Shown here: positions 11,950 through 23,950 of the stretch, piece after piece | Position numbering within the stretch: position 1 is the stretch's first letter | How the letters are laid out: every line of letters starts with the position of its first letter | DNA from: Octopus vulgaris | Taxonomy: Eukaryota | Direction of reading: 5' to 3' | Assembly (NCBI GenBank): GCA_951406725.2 | Contig: OX597818.1 | Location: forward strand, 93,806,001-93,870,000 | Length of the DNA: 64,000 nucleotides | Notes under the pieces: model-generated | Told to the model about the DNA's origin: nothing | What the model saw: only the letters and a program-made list of their open reading frames with translations | The model's database searches: none | Program-made: the position numbers and the translations under genes

Positions 11950-12520
11950 GGATTTCTGATTTAAACACAAGGCTAGCAACTTGGAAGAGAAGTAGTTGAT
12001 ACCATCAGTCCCAACACTGACTAAGAGCACCTTATTTTATCAATAGCAGAGGGACGAAAGGTCGAGTTGACCTTGGTAGGATTTGAACCTAGAATGTAAA
12101 GAGTTGGAATAAATACTACAAAGGATTTTTGCCCGATGCTCTAACAATTCCCCCAGCTTATCTTTTACTTGTTTCAGACATTGGATTGTGGCCATGCTGG
12201 GATACTTCCTAGAAGGGTTTTAGTCAAAGAAATTGACATCCCTGTATGCATTTTGTATGTCTGGTAATTATTCTATTGTTCTCTTTTGCTGAATTGCTAA
12301 GTCATGGGACATAAACACAGGTTGTCAAACAGAAGGGAAGGAGACTAACATAGACACACATGATAGGCTTCCACACAGTTTCTATCTGCCAAATTCATTT
12401 ACAAGGCATTGGTCAATCAAGAGCTATAGCAGAAAACACTTAGCCAAAATACTGTATAGTGAGGACTAACCTGAAACCACATGGTTGCAAAGCAAGCCTC
12501 TTGACTTCCCAGCCATGCCT
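11950..12520 (-). mobile_element. Diverged family D (11950-12160) and family A (12160-12520) SINEs
   Basis: Motif matches to better-preserved copies. Confidence 0.65.
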
Positions 12521-12811
12521 CTGACTAAGTTCAAATAAAACGTCTTATAATGTAACTAGCTGACCATGTGCCATCAATAATGATGGCTAATTGTAGTATC
12601 TTATATATAAATAAGGTATATAATAATCACACAAACATTCACATACTTCCCCTGTACACATACATATACTCAGAATTGAAAAGCTGATTTATTTTTTCAC
12701 CCCTTCCTTTCTCTCACTCCCTCTCAGTCAGAGACATTACTCTCACTACTTCTCCTTCACTGAACTACTATTTTCTCTCCCCCTCCATATCCAGTCAGAT
12801 TCTGGACAAAT

Positions 12812-12844
<33 letters not shown>

Positions 12845-12984
12845 AAAACACTATGCTCATTATTATATTAGATGATAATTTTTTAAGGTTTGCAGTTATA
12901 GATGTCAATAGTTAAATGAAATCATCATCTCCATCACTAACCACTATGCACCATCACCATTATTATTAGCTATATATCTACAGG

Positions 12985-13190
12985 GCAGTGGATTGACAGA
13001 ATCATTAAAACAGATAAAATGCCTTGCAGTATTTAGTTATAGCTATTTACATTCTGGGTTCAAATTCCACTGAGGTGAATTTGCCTTTCATGCTTTTGGG
13101 GTTGATAAAATAACGCACAAAGGAAATATGGGGGTTGGGGTCATGTCTTGACTAAACTCTTCCCTAAATTTCAAGCCTTGTATCTACACT
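12985..13190 (+). mobile_element. SINE family D, diverged
   Basis: GGCAGTGGATTGACAGAATCATTA...TTCTGGGTTCAAATTCCACTGAGG...GCCTTTCATGCTTTTGGGGTTGATAAAATAA. Confidence 0.7.
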
Positions 13191-13414
13191 ATACTGAATT
13201 ATTAAGCTATATGAATGATTTCTTTTCACCAAGAAACAAGTCTAAAGTTAATAGAGTCACCACCAACGTTGACCTAATCTCAATATTTTCTGACTGGTTT
13301 CACTCATTGGTTTTCACAGGGAACACAGTTGCTGAGCATTTTGACTCCACAACTTACTCTTGTACTCGCTTTATTAATCTCTACTGAATGAGTTAACATT
13401 TTTATAGTTATACG

Positions 13415-13760
13415 TTTTGTTTCAGTCATGTGGCCATGCTGGGGCACTGCCTTGAATTTTAGTTGAATGAATTCACCCCAGTACTTATTTTTTTTGTAAA
13501 GCCTTATACTTATTCTATCAGTCCTTTTTGCTGATCTGCTAAGTTACAGAGACAAACACATGAACACCAGTTGTTGGTGGGGAACAAGCATATATACAAA
13601 AACACACATACATGACAGGCTTCTTTCAGTTTCCATCAACTAAATCCATTCACAAGGCATTGGTTGGCCTGAAGCTATAGTAGAAGACACTTGTTCAAGT
13701 GGGACTGAACCCAGAACTATGTGGTTGGTAAGTAAACTTCTTACCACACAGCCATGCCCT
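13415..13760 (-). mobile_element. SINE family A
   Basis: TGTTTCAGTCA...GGCCATGCTGGGGCAC...CTTACCACACAGCCATGCC. Confidence 0.8.
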
Positions 13761-14019
13761 AGTCAACCCATTAACCAACAACCAACATTTAATATTCACC
13801 ACCTCTCTTCCATTACAACCTCTATTACCATCATCTCCATCTTGCTCCTAGCACCATTTCTCCCATCACATTCACACCTCTTGTCTTTCACCTTATTGGT
13901 CATCACTCTCTCCTATTCACCCTTTTGGTCATGTTTACTATGAGACAATAGAAATAATATAGAGAAGAGTGGAATACTTTTGCAGGAGACAAAGTAACCT
14001 TTCTAGTGCTGCTATCATA

Positions 14020-14250
14020 TCATCGTCCTCATCATTTAACGTCTGTTGTCCAAGCTGGCATGGGTTGGATGGTGTGACCAAAGCTGGCAAGCTGCTGGAG
14101 CTGCATCAGGCTCCCTGTCTGTTTTGGCATGGTTTCTATGGCTGGATGCCCTTTCTAATGACAACCACTTTGCAAAGTGTGCTGGGCGCATTTATGTGGT
14201 GCTGCACAGGCATGTTTACATGGCACTGCACAGGTGCTTTTATGTGGCAC
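14020..14250 (-). mobile_element. SINE family E, inverted relative to its neighbour
   Basis: GCTGGCATGGGTTGGA...GGCTGGATGCCCTT...ACAACCAC. Confidence 0.7.
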
Positions 14251-14289
14251 TAAAATACATTCTGCAGGAAGAATGATATTTAGCCACAG

Positions 14290-14680
14290 TGACCTGCTGT
14301 GCTTGAGGAGACCTATGGAGTCAAGTACATCAACATCAAAATAAAAATCAAATGGAAATTGTAGTTGTGATACCCGTGTTGGTGGCACGTAAAAAGCACC
14401 ATCCGAATATGACCGATGCCAGCGCCGCCTTGACTGGCTTCCATGCCAGTGGCACGTAAAAAGCACCAACCGATCGTGGCTGTTGCCAGCCTCCACTAGC
14501 ACGTAAAAAGCACCCACTACACTCATGGAGTGGTTGGCGTTAGGAAGGGCATCCAGCTGTAGAAACACAGCCAGATCAGACTGGAGCCTGGTGCAGCTTC
14601 CTGGCTTCCCAGACCCCGGTCAAACCGTCCAACCCATGCTAGCATGGAAAATAGACGTTAAACGATGATGATGACGACGA
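14290..14680 (+). mobile_element. SINE family E, young copy
   Basis: Three GCACGTAAAAAGCACC units, then GGAGTGGTTGGCGTTAGGAAGGGCATCCAGC...CGTTAAACGATGATGATG. Confidence 0.85.
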
Positions 14681-15084
14681 AATGTGATCATCTGATCTTA
14701 ATAGCAGGGCAGTAACTCTGGATAAAGACAGACTTGGAGTGTGATGACTCTCTATCCATGCCAGCAGGGAAAGCAGATGTAAAATGATGGCACAAAAGTA
14801 TTTGTAGGTTTCTCTCAAAATAGTTTTAGGGTTAAAATTCTCAGAATATGTAAATCCAATGATTTTTACAATATATTTTGGATATTGATTTATATTTAAA
14901 TAACCAGAGAAAGACAAAAAAAAAACAAAACAAACAAACTTTCTAATATAGAATTGCTCAATTCATATGCTATATGATTATACATAACATGTATAAAAAT
15001 ATAAAATATAATATAAATATATCACATAATAATATAAATGAAATGTGTGTGTGTATGTGTTTATGGCTGAGTATGTAAATCTTA

Positions 15085-15440
15085 TCTTTTACTGGTTTCA
15101 ATCATGACTGCAGCCAGACTGGGACACAGCCTTGAAGGGTTTTAGTCGAACAAATTAACCCTAAGACATTTTTTTAAAAATCAAGTACTTATTCTATTGA
15201 TGTCTTTTGCTGAACCGCCAAGTTACGGGGATGTAAACGCAACACTCGTCAAGTGGTGGTGGGGGAACAAAGACACACACAGATATATACATATATATAT
15301 ATATATATATATGACAGGCCTCTTTCAGTTTGTCTACCAAATTCACTCACAAGGGTTTGGTTGACCTAAGGCTATAGTAGAAGACACTTGCCCAAGGTGC
15401 CATGCAATGGGACAGAACCCAGAATCATGTGGTTGGGAAT
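15085..15440 (-). mobile_element. SINE family A
   Basis: Body match to 11391-11787. Confidence 0.8.
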
Positions 15441-16179
15441 CTGTGTATTTTATAAATATAGATATTATATAAAAACTAAAAGTGGGGCAGGTTAAGACAT
15501 GTTAAAAATTTGAAATCAAAATATCATCACCAGGATAAGATAAGGTTTAATCTCTAGGATAGCAATGATAAAAATAATGAAACATTTCAATTTCAGGAAA
15601 TTATTAAACCTGCCCACCCATGAGCAGAAATTACCCCAAAACTGCCAGAACAATAAATGCCAGTTTTCAGTGAATGAACAAATACCAGAATCTGTTACCA
15701 ATCTTTTGTATGGAAACATTAATACTTTGTTTTTTTTTGTGTGGGTTGAACAAAAGCTATCACTGAATGATAGCTTTTGTTCATGCATTCTTCATGCATG
15801 TGCAACATTCTGTGGATACAGACATCCCTCATCTATAAACTGACTCACATGATATTTGCTCAGAGACATTGAATGAGAGAGAAAACTAGCCATGTCGGCA
15901 GCACAGAGTTGAGTATCAGGTCAGTATCAAGTTGACCACAACTCATATCTCACTACAGGCACTACACAATGTCAATGGCCAAGACATTGAAAGCCTCAAG
16001 ACTGTATTACCATTTTCATGATAATCAACATTTTAATGTTTCTTCTTCACAGATAGAATGGGAATTTTCTGGTTACATTGTCTGTGATATTAATTATATT
16101 TAGCAGCTCGTATATAAAGAGTTTTAGACATCTTCAGTAAATATACAAGCAGAATGTTTGGAAAATATTCACATATCGT

Positions 16180-16565
16180 AGGTGTAGGAGTGGCTGTCTG
16201 GTAAGTAGCTTGTTTACTAACCACATGGTTCCGGGTTCAGTCCCACTGCGTGGCACCTTGGGCAAGTGTCTTCTACTATAGCCTCTGGTCGACCAAAGCC
16301 TTGTGAGTGGATTTGGTAGACAGGAACTGAAAGAAGCCCATTATATATATGTGTATGCATATGTTTGTGTGCCTGTGTTTGTTCCCCCAACATTGCTTGA
16401 CAACCGATGCTGGTGTGTTTACGTTGCCGTAACTTAGCGGTTCAGCAAAAGAGACCGATAGAATAAGTACTAGGCTTACAAAGAATAAGTCCTGGGATCA
16501 ATTTGTTCGACTAAAGGCGGTGCTCCAGCATGGCCACAGTCAAATGACTGAAACAAAAGAGTAGA
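16180..16565 (+). mobile_element. SINE family A, full length
   Basis: Pol III A/B-box-like head (TGGCTGTCTGGTAAG...GGGTTCAGTCCC), CORE-like TGGCACCTTGGGCAAGTG, tail CAAATGACTGAAACAAAAGAG. Confidence 0.9.
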
Positions 16566-17415
16566 AGGGTAGATATCCATTGTTTCACATTTGGTTTTGT
16601 TCCTCACAAAGTGTTTGATGATGATAACTAGTGAGACTAGTAAAGGTTGCATACCAAGTATATGAAAGTTTAGGCTCAGAAGGCAGGGTTGATAAAAATT
16701 GTACCAATCCAAGGTAGCAGATTGGTAGAACTGTAAGAATGTTGGACCAGATGTCTTGGCTCTTTGTGTTCTGAGTTTAAATCTCACCATTGTATACTTG
16801 GGTGGTAGATTTACCCTGCAGCCCAGTTTAACACTACTACCGGACACCTTGGGTGCCTTTACCAGAGTCCACTTTGTTGCATGCAATTAGGTCAGGTTTC
16901 CAGTTTGAGGCTACCCTCCTCCCTCTCTCCTACTGTTTTGAAGGCCCTGTAACAGGTCATAGGCACTGCCCTCACTCTTGATTAACAGAAAAAAACCCAA
17001 AAAAAACTTAAACAAAAACAGGCAATGCGAGATTTTTACTATTTTGACTGTATGTGTCACAAGTGATCTAATGAATCTTAGCCTGTCAATAGTCTGAATT
17101 ATTTGTGTAATATTATTTTCATGTTAAAGTGTAAATAGGTTAGGATGAGGTGTACATAACATCATGACTCAAGTCTGCAGAGTTGGATTTTGTGATAATC
17201 TTCCATAAACTACAGCACTTAGTTTTCAGTATTACCACAGTAAACTGATCGGTTATAAGAACATTATGCATGCTTCTCTATACATTTCATGTATGTGCAG
17301 TTTAGATGACAACAATATTAAATTGTGGGGATATAAGTATGAAAGAATATTCTCAGTAAAAATCACTTAAGATGAGGCTTCAGTAAAAAATATCTGCTAA
17401 AAACCATTAACTTAC

Positions 17416-17506
17416 TGTTTTCAGGGTCAGTGTTACGAGTGTCACCATAATCTGGATCATCTCTGTATTCACGAACAGTAGAGCCATATTTACCAGCCTT
17501 CGACAT
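17416..17506 (-). CDS. First coding exon of the syntaxin-like gene (exon 17416-17552 including 5'UTR)
   Basis: Acceptor tttctttttctAG at 17554-17553, ATG in aaccATG context at 17506, MSKAGKYGSTVREYRDDPDYGDTRNTDPEN, phase-1 donor GTAAGT; joins 10384 in frame (A+GT=Ser). Confidence 0.82.
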
Positions 17507-17591
17507 GGTTAAGCTGTGTTAGGGTGTCTTTGATTACTTGGTTAGCAAAACACTAGAAAAAGAAATGAACATGTATATTAGTTATTGATAA

Positions 17592-17640
<49 letters not shown>

Positions 17641-17644
<4 letters not shown>

Positions 17645-17972
17645 TCAGCAAAAATTTAGATTCAAATGAATATGGTACTTAATTTAGATGCACCAGAATT
17701 TTGTATGGTGTTATCCATAAAAATTTACGGGGTGATTATAATCAAAATAAGCAACAAGAATGACACCGGTAATTTGGTACAATTGTTTCACACTACATTT
17801 TATTAAAAGTTGTAAGTATTACAACAGATTTAAGATACTGAGTGCTCATCAGCCAATTATAAAGGTTTTCCATTAATATAAAGGTTTTCCATTAATATAA
17901 AAGCTTTCAAATCAAGTAGCAACATTATAGAGAAGGTAGATATACAAAGATGTAGATTTAAATTTTAAGAAC
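17641..17972 (-). mobile_element. Solo Penelope-like pseudo-LTR / retrozyme-like insert in (TA)n
   Basis: About 330-bp non-coding AT-rich segment between TA tracts that carries a hammerhead; same layout as the 3' end of 46585-50235. Confidence 0.55.
17771..17858 (-). ncRNA. Type I hammerhead ribozyme, core intact
   Basis: AAUUGG-CUGAUGA-GCACU...(GUUGUAA/UUACAAC hairpin)...AGUGU-GAAA-CAAUUG-UA-CCAAAUU: helix I UUGG/CCAA, helix II GCACU/AGUGU, palindromic helix III ACAAUUGU, GUA cleavage triplet (cut between 17778 and 17777). Confidence 0.78.
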
Positions 17973-18002
17973 ATATGGGTGTGTGTGTGTATATATATAT
18001 GT

Positions 18003-18282
18003 GTGGAGGCGCAATGGTCTAGTGGTCAGGGCAGCGGACTCGCAGTTTCGATTCCCAGACCGGGCGTTGTGAGTGTTTATTGAGCGAAAACACCTAAAAG
18101 CTCCATGAGGCTCCGGCAGGGGGTGGTGATCCCTGCTGTACTCTTTCACCACTCTTTCTTCTGTTGGCCTGCTCGCTTAGCCAGCGGGGTGGCATCATTC
18201 GAAGGCTAAAACAATGCGAACCCATTGTGACAAGCGATGTGTAACAACATCTGATGGTCTGGTCGGTCACGTGATCACGTGA
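18003..18282 (+). mobile_element. SINE family B (tRNA-derived), inserted in (TA)n
   Basis: GGAGGCGCAATGGTCTAGTGGTCAGGGCAGCGGACTCG...TTCGATTCCCAGACCGGGCG; tail GGTCGGTCACGTGA. Confidence 0.85.
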
Positions 18283-18959
18283 TATATATATATACATACA
18301 CACATCTATAAGTAACTGTAAAATATATAACATACAAGTGTGTATTTGTATTATCATTTTAACCTCCACTTTTCCATACTTGCAAGGGTCACATGACTAC
18401 AAGGATAGAAACATTGAAAACAATGGGATCATACCAAAATGATAATATTTTGTTTAGCAGTAAAGCTATTTGTTAGAAATTAAAATGAAAATAGGATGCA
18501 CCCTTGCTCTTCTCAAAAGATTTACTGGTGCATATGAAGTAAACTGGTTTCAAATGATAATTAAAATGTGTCAGGATTTATCGTAAGCTTACTTCTAGTA
18601 ATAACGATATTACGCATCACTATTGCTTGCCAAATTATATACAATATACTAATGTAGTGACATAGGAGATAGATTCAGCTGTTCTCTCCCAAAATCTGTT
18701 AACTTGTTTATGGTTATAATAATATTGAATGTAATTCATTTTACATCATTTTAATGCCATCTTTTCCATGCTTGCATGGGTCAAATGGAGATTATTGAGA
18801 TAAATGTTCTATAGTCAAGTGCCCTTCTCGTTTCCTAGCAAGGTAGTATTTCCCCATGATCAGACATATTTGCACAGAACATTGGAAACAAAATAACATT
18901 GCTGGTATGACAGTCACACTCATTTACTACTACTATGTGATGTTAAGACATGAAAACAC

Positions 18960-19135
18960 AAACATACACACACAAGGCTTTTTACAGTTTCAGTCTACCA
19001 AATCCACTCATAAGGCAATTGCTTGACCCAAGGCTATAACAGAAGACACTTGCCCAAGGTTACACACAATAAGACTAAACCCAAAACTATGTGGTTGGGA
19101 AGCAAATTTCTCAACCACACAGCTATGCTTGCACC
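18960..19135 (-). mobile_element. SINE family A 5' part, diverged
   Basis: CTACCAAATCCACTCA...GAAGACACTTGCCCAAGG...AACCACACAGCTATGC. Confidence 0.7.
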
Positions 19136-19199
19136 TATACATCATATATAGCACATAAATGCAATAATAAATATTACAATATCAAAGCTAGAAATTTTT

Positions 19200-19456
19200 A
19201 TAGAATAAGTACTAGGCTTACAAAGAATAAGTCCTGGGGTCAATTTATTCGACTAAAGGCAGTGCTCCAGCATGGCCACAGTCAAATGACTGAAACAAAA
19301 GAGTAGAAGAGTAGATATCCATTGTTTCACATTTGGTTTTGTTCCTCACAAAGTGTTTGATGATGATAACTAGTGAGACTAGTAAGGGTTGCATACCAAG
19401 TATATGAAAGTTTAGGCTCAGAAGGCAGGGTTGATAAAAATAGTATCAATCCAAGG
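19200..19456 (+). repeat. 257-bp direct duplicate of 16458-16714
   Basis: Manual alignment: 7 mismatches, no indels; includes the SINE A tail plus about 150 bp of non-SINE flank. Confidence 0.92.
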
Positions 19457-21099
19457 CATTATAATCAAATGAATTAGTCCTCCATATATTATTGATAGTT
19501 AAATTTACTGACCCAGAGGAACGAAAAGCAAAGTCAACCATGGCAAAATTTAAGCTTAAAATATAAAAGCATGTAGCTAATTAATGCAAGATTTCAATCC
19601 AGCACTCAATTGTTTATGTCACTTCATTGACCCATCTAGTAACAGTTTCTTAGTTTGGCACGTTGCCACAAATTTACAAGGAAAGAATAATTGATTTCAT
19701 TGTGTTGTGTTATGGGTACCAATCCCATGGCAATGGAAAGAACAGAAGGCTTTGGCAGACTATGAACAGGGGATGAAACTGAAATCAAGACATTTCATCT
19801 GGTTCTTGCATCCCTCATCACTGTAATGAATTTTAACAAAGGCACAAGACCTTAAAATTGAGGGATGGGTTTCGTTGATATCATAGATACCAGTACTTGA
19901 TTGGCACTATATTTTAGTTATCCCTGGAAAAATGTAAAATAAAATGAGTCCCAATAAAATTTGAAAACAAAACTAATGCCACAAAGCCCTAAACTCAACT
20001 TGCCAGGAGCATAAGTTTGGCTCTACCACAGTATACATCTCATTATTGACAGTTTTATAAGTTTCTGGTTGAGAAACTGAAAGGGCATTAATGTTTACCC
20101 CAACAACCAGTACATCAGTATGTCAAGGATAGCAATGTCCAACTCTTAGCAGCTCCATTCACCCAGCTGTTAAAATGTACTATGAAATAGTACACTTCTC
20201 TATTTCAAGTAGTAAGACTGTTGTATACAACTGATAAGGGCTTTCACACATAAATGCACAATTAACTGAAATGCTTCCTGGATATAAAAAACTTTATAAC
20301 AAATACAATGAATATAAATGTACCAATCTATGGTGTCGTTTGGATAGTTCCCAACAGTTATTTTAAAACATAATTAAATTTGAAGTAATAGATAGCAGTG
20401 TTTATCCTTTAAGTTGTAAAAACATTTGAAAATGTAATTCCAAATATTTTACAAACTTTAAAAATAACGGACAAATATACATACAATCCTGTTTATACAA
20501 GTATCCACACATGTGTACAACCCTGTACACATAACTGTGCATGTGCATATCTGCACCACTAGTGTAGCTGGAGTGGGATGGGACGATCCACCCTGGCAGC
20601 ACTTTTGGGTTGTTGAAGGCAATGTGTGCTTTATGTAGGGCCTGGTGGGGAAAACTGAAGGGCAGCCTCAAGTGACACACACACTAGCTAAGCTAGTGAT
20701 CCATACTCTCTAATTATGTTTCCTTGCAATATCCTGCCAGATATATTGATGTTTGAATCTCAAAGGTTATGTCCTAGCACTTACCACCATCTATATCTCT
20801 CTCTTCCTTTACTCAGCCATCCCATTTATATTCTAATCCCAGTCCTTTGTGAGTATGCATGGCACTTTGGCACCATCTCTATCCTGCTGTTTCCTAAACT
20901 CTCCTTCTCCTGCACTTCCGTTAGGTTGGATAACCATGTATTTCCTTTGCGGCAGTGCACCTGTTTGTCCTCATTCCTGATCTCCCTCTCCCCGGCTGGG
21001 TAACCTTGTACCTCCTCTACAGTAAGAGGCCTGTTTCTGTCTAATTATAACCTTTCATCATCTGACACAAGATCATCACCTCCAATGCCCCCCTCCCCT

Positions 21100-21310
21100 C
21101 TCAAAAGAGATTTTTTTGCAAGTACTTGGTGACCCAATCCATACTGTAAAGTGCTGAGTGGTTAGTGTTAGGAAGGGTATCCAGATGTAAAAATCCTGCC
21201 AAAACAGTTGCAGAAGTCTGGTGCAGGCTTCTGCCTCGTCAGCTCCTGTCAAACTGTCCAACCCATGCCAGCATGGAAGGTGGACGTTAAGTAATTGTAG
21301 TTATGATGAT
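21100..21310 (+). mobile_element. SINE family E, diverged
   Basis: GAGTGGTTAGTGTTAGGAAGGGTATCCAG...CCAACCCATGCCAGCATGGAA. Confidence 0.7.
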
Positions 21311-23737
21311 ATATATAATTGCATACACTCAAACACACATAAAACCAACCATGCACTGTATACACACAACCAACAATAGACTAGGTCCCAAGTTAAAATA
21401 AATTCCATTGCCAATTCTTTCTCTCTTAAGAATTTAATCTAAAAATATGTCAACAAAATTCTTGAAATTCTCCAAGAGTTTTCCATGGTTAAGGTAGCAA
21501 GGTTTGGAAACTGCTTACACAAAGGGAATTGAAATATGTCCATTCCTCACCCAGTATTTATAATGGTATTGTGTGTATGGATTGCATTAGGACTACACCA
21601 TTCCTATAAGATATTGTTACTGTAACACCTTTCTGTTGGTGAATGATGAGCATTGATCCAATAAGTATTCAAATCTAAGAAAATGGGCCAGATTAGAACA
21701 GTATCTGAACTAATGAAGTGATACCCTGCTAAAATAGCAGCCAAATCTCCCCCAAATCACAGTCTACAGTCTTAAAGGAAGGACACATTGGATCATGTTG
21801 GCCAATATATTCTCTAAAATGCGGGATGGTCTTAGTTACAATGCCTTCGATAAGTTTGGTCTATTATTGTTGACGTGGGGCTAAACAATAAGTACAGTTG
21901 ACTAACAGATGAAGAAATATTAAAATCGCCAAGAGACCATTTTTGCAATCTCATAGTAAACTTATCTAATTGGAATTTTCATTAATGGGACACGGGAATA
22001 TTGGACGGTTTACGCATTTCTCAGTAACGAAGGTTTTTTTTTATCTTTTTAACGTATGTAAAACATCTACCTGGGTGTTAATCTCAGAGGGTTCAATCTA
22101 CAGCTCCCGCCGAAGTGCGAGGCAGTTGTAAATTGAACTCATGATCATTATGAATTGATGGCTTTACGAGTCTAACCTGTATTTGGATGTATAAAATCTT
22201 ATTACAAAAAATCCTCCAGAAAAACCACTGTATTATGAAGCTCACTTTTATTTGTTAGTGAAAAATGAATTTTGTCGGGTGTTTAACAATTGGCTGTTAA
22301 AGTACATGATAACATCCAACCTTTCAAGTTTGTGACCCCACCGCCCCAAAAAACAAACAAAAAAACTCGCACTCAAACACACACGTTTATTATTGTCGGT
22401 TAAATGGTTATGTTGTCACCAACCATGCTAAGAAGGGAACACTCCATCTAAAACAAAAAGCTAAGAAATATGCTCAATTTCTTATATACGATTATAATAA
22501 TTAACCTCACCCCTCATTTTCTGACGTTCCCCACTTGTCCTGAATATATACAATATTTTGGAATTATAAAAGACCCCTGCACATATGCGCATGTTGTGAC
22601 GTTGATGCTTTTGCCGATAGCATTAGCAATGCAATTAAAACCATTTCGATAAATTTAAAACAATAAAAGGACATGAATGACAGACAAACAATACGTAAAA
22701 GTGGTAGACTTTGCCTATAGTTGAGGGTACTTCATGATTTAATTCAAATTCCTCTTTAGCCGACTTTTCCTCTTCGTGTGGGCTCGATAAAATAAAGTTT
22801 CAGTTATGTAATAAGGTAGGTGGCAGCTACGATCCCACCCACAACCTTATAAAATGTCTGGCATTGTGCTTTAGTGGTAAATAATTAAAAGTAATTGAAA
22901 TACACTCCCAAAAACTGGACTGCAGAGATAGATGAACCACTTCCTTTAACCATAATAAATTCACAACATCGCGGTTCTGAGTTCAACTGTAGCTGAGCGT
23001 AGGTTTTCATAAATTACAACTTCCACATCGATAAAACAAGTACCAGTAACGTACGGCGGTATCAGGAATTCAATACTTTTTTCTTTCTCATACAAGACCC
23101 CTAACTACGAAGTAAAAACAACCACAAACATATACTTGTTATTCACATGTGTGCAAGGTGTGTGTGTGTATAAGAATCACATAAGGTTAAGTACATTTTA
23201 AATACACGAAGAATTTTATCTATCTACTCATTTATACGAGTGACATAATGTAACTTTGGCTTCTTGTGTATGGAAGAAAACAGTTTCTCAACTAATATAG
23301 GTTAAAAATGAACTATGGAATCTAGAGAATCAGAAACTCTAGCCATGCTATTCTTATTACTCCCCCCAAAATATCTTATAGGACCCGGATAATAATAAAC
23401 ACTGAACTCAACTGTTTTTACTTAATACAGGGGAAAAAGTATCTAATAATAAAAGAGATACAATTACATCGTGATTATATGTTATCAAAAATAAATTATA
23501 AGTAATAAAAGATTAAAAAGGAAAGAAATAAAAAGACAAAAAAGCTGCCCAAAATTAAAGCAATGATGTCACAACAAGACACGAGACTGGAAAACATTGA
23601 CAGAAGAAAAAAAAAACAAAAACCAAACTTGTTAAAAAAAGCTTTACGTGAAGACATTTGAAAAAATATGGAAGAGGTAAATATATGTGAAATGGTATAT
23701 AGTGAGGGTAATTTTTCAAAAAAAAAAAAAAGTTTAC

Positions 23738-23950
23738 CTTAAAAGCGAGTGAAGTAACTCGGTAGTACGATACTACATGTCATAGAGGTTGTGTCATTTA
23801 AACAACTGCTGCTGGGTTGAAAGACCTAACACCAGTCAGGTGATAAATAAGTAGGTTGGAGTTACTTCCCCTCGCATTCATTATACTTTCACCGTCGTTA
23901 CCACTACCACCAACATGATCTGATAACTACCAAAGGCCGTTCTGTCGATT
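23738..23950 (-). promoter_or_regulatory. Probable non-coding first exon and promoter of the syntaxin-like gene
   Basis: Donor AAG/GTAAAC at 23738/23737 inside a locally CpG-retaining unique region (about 21.9-25.2 kb); exon 2 begins at an acceptor, so an upstream exon must exist. The 5' limit is a guess. Confidence 0.45.

Noticed and set aside
16180-16255. tRNA genes at SINE heads (also 18003, 29684, 40845, 61376)
   Set aside because: A/B boxes are present, but there is no full cloverleaf and each continues into a SINE body, often with TSDs.
20555-20692. Possible hAT-type MITE relics here and at about 30500-30836
   Set aside because: Only one terminus-like motif is recognisable in each; no paired TIRs or 8-bp TSD.
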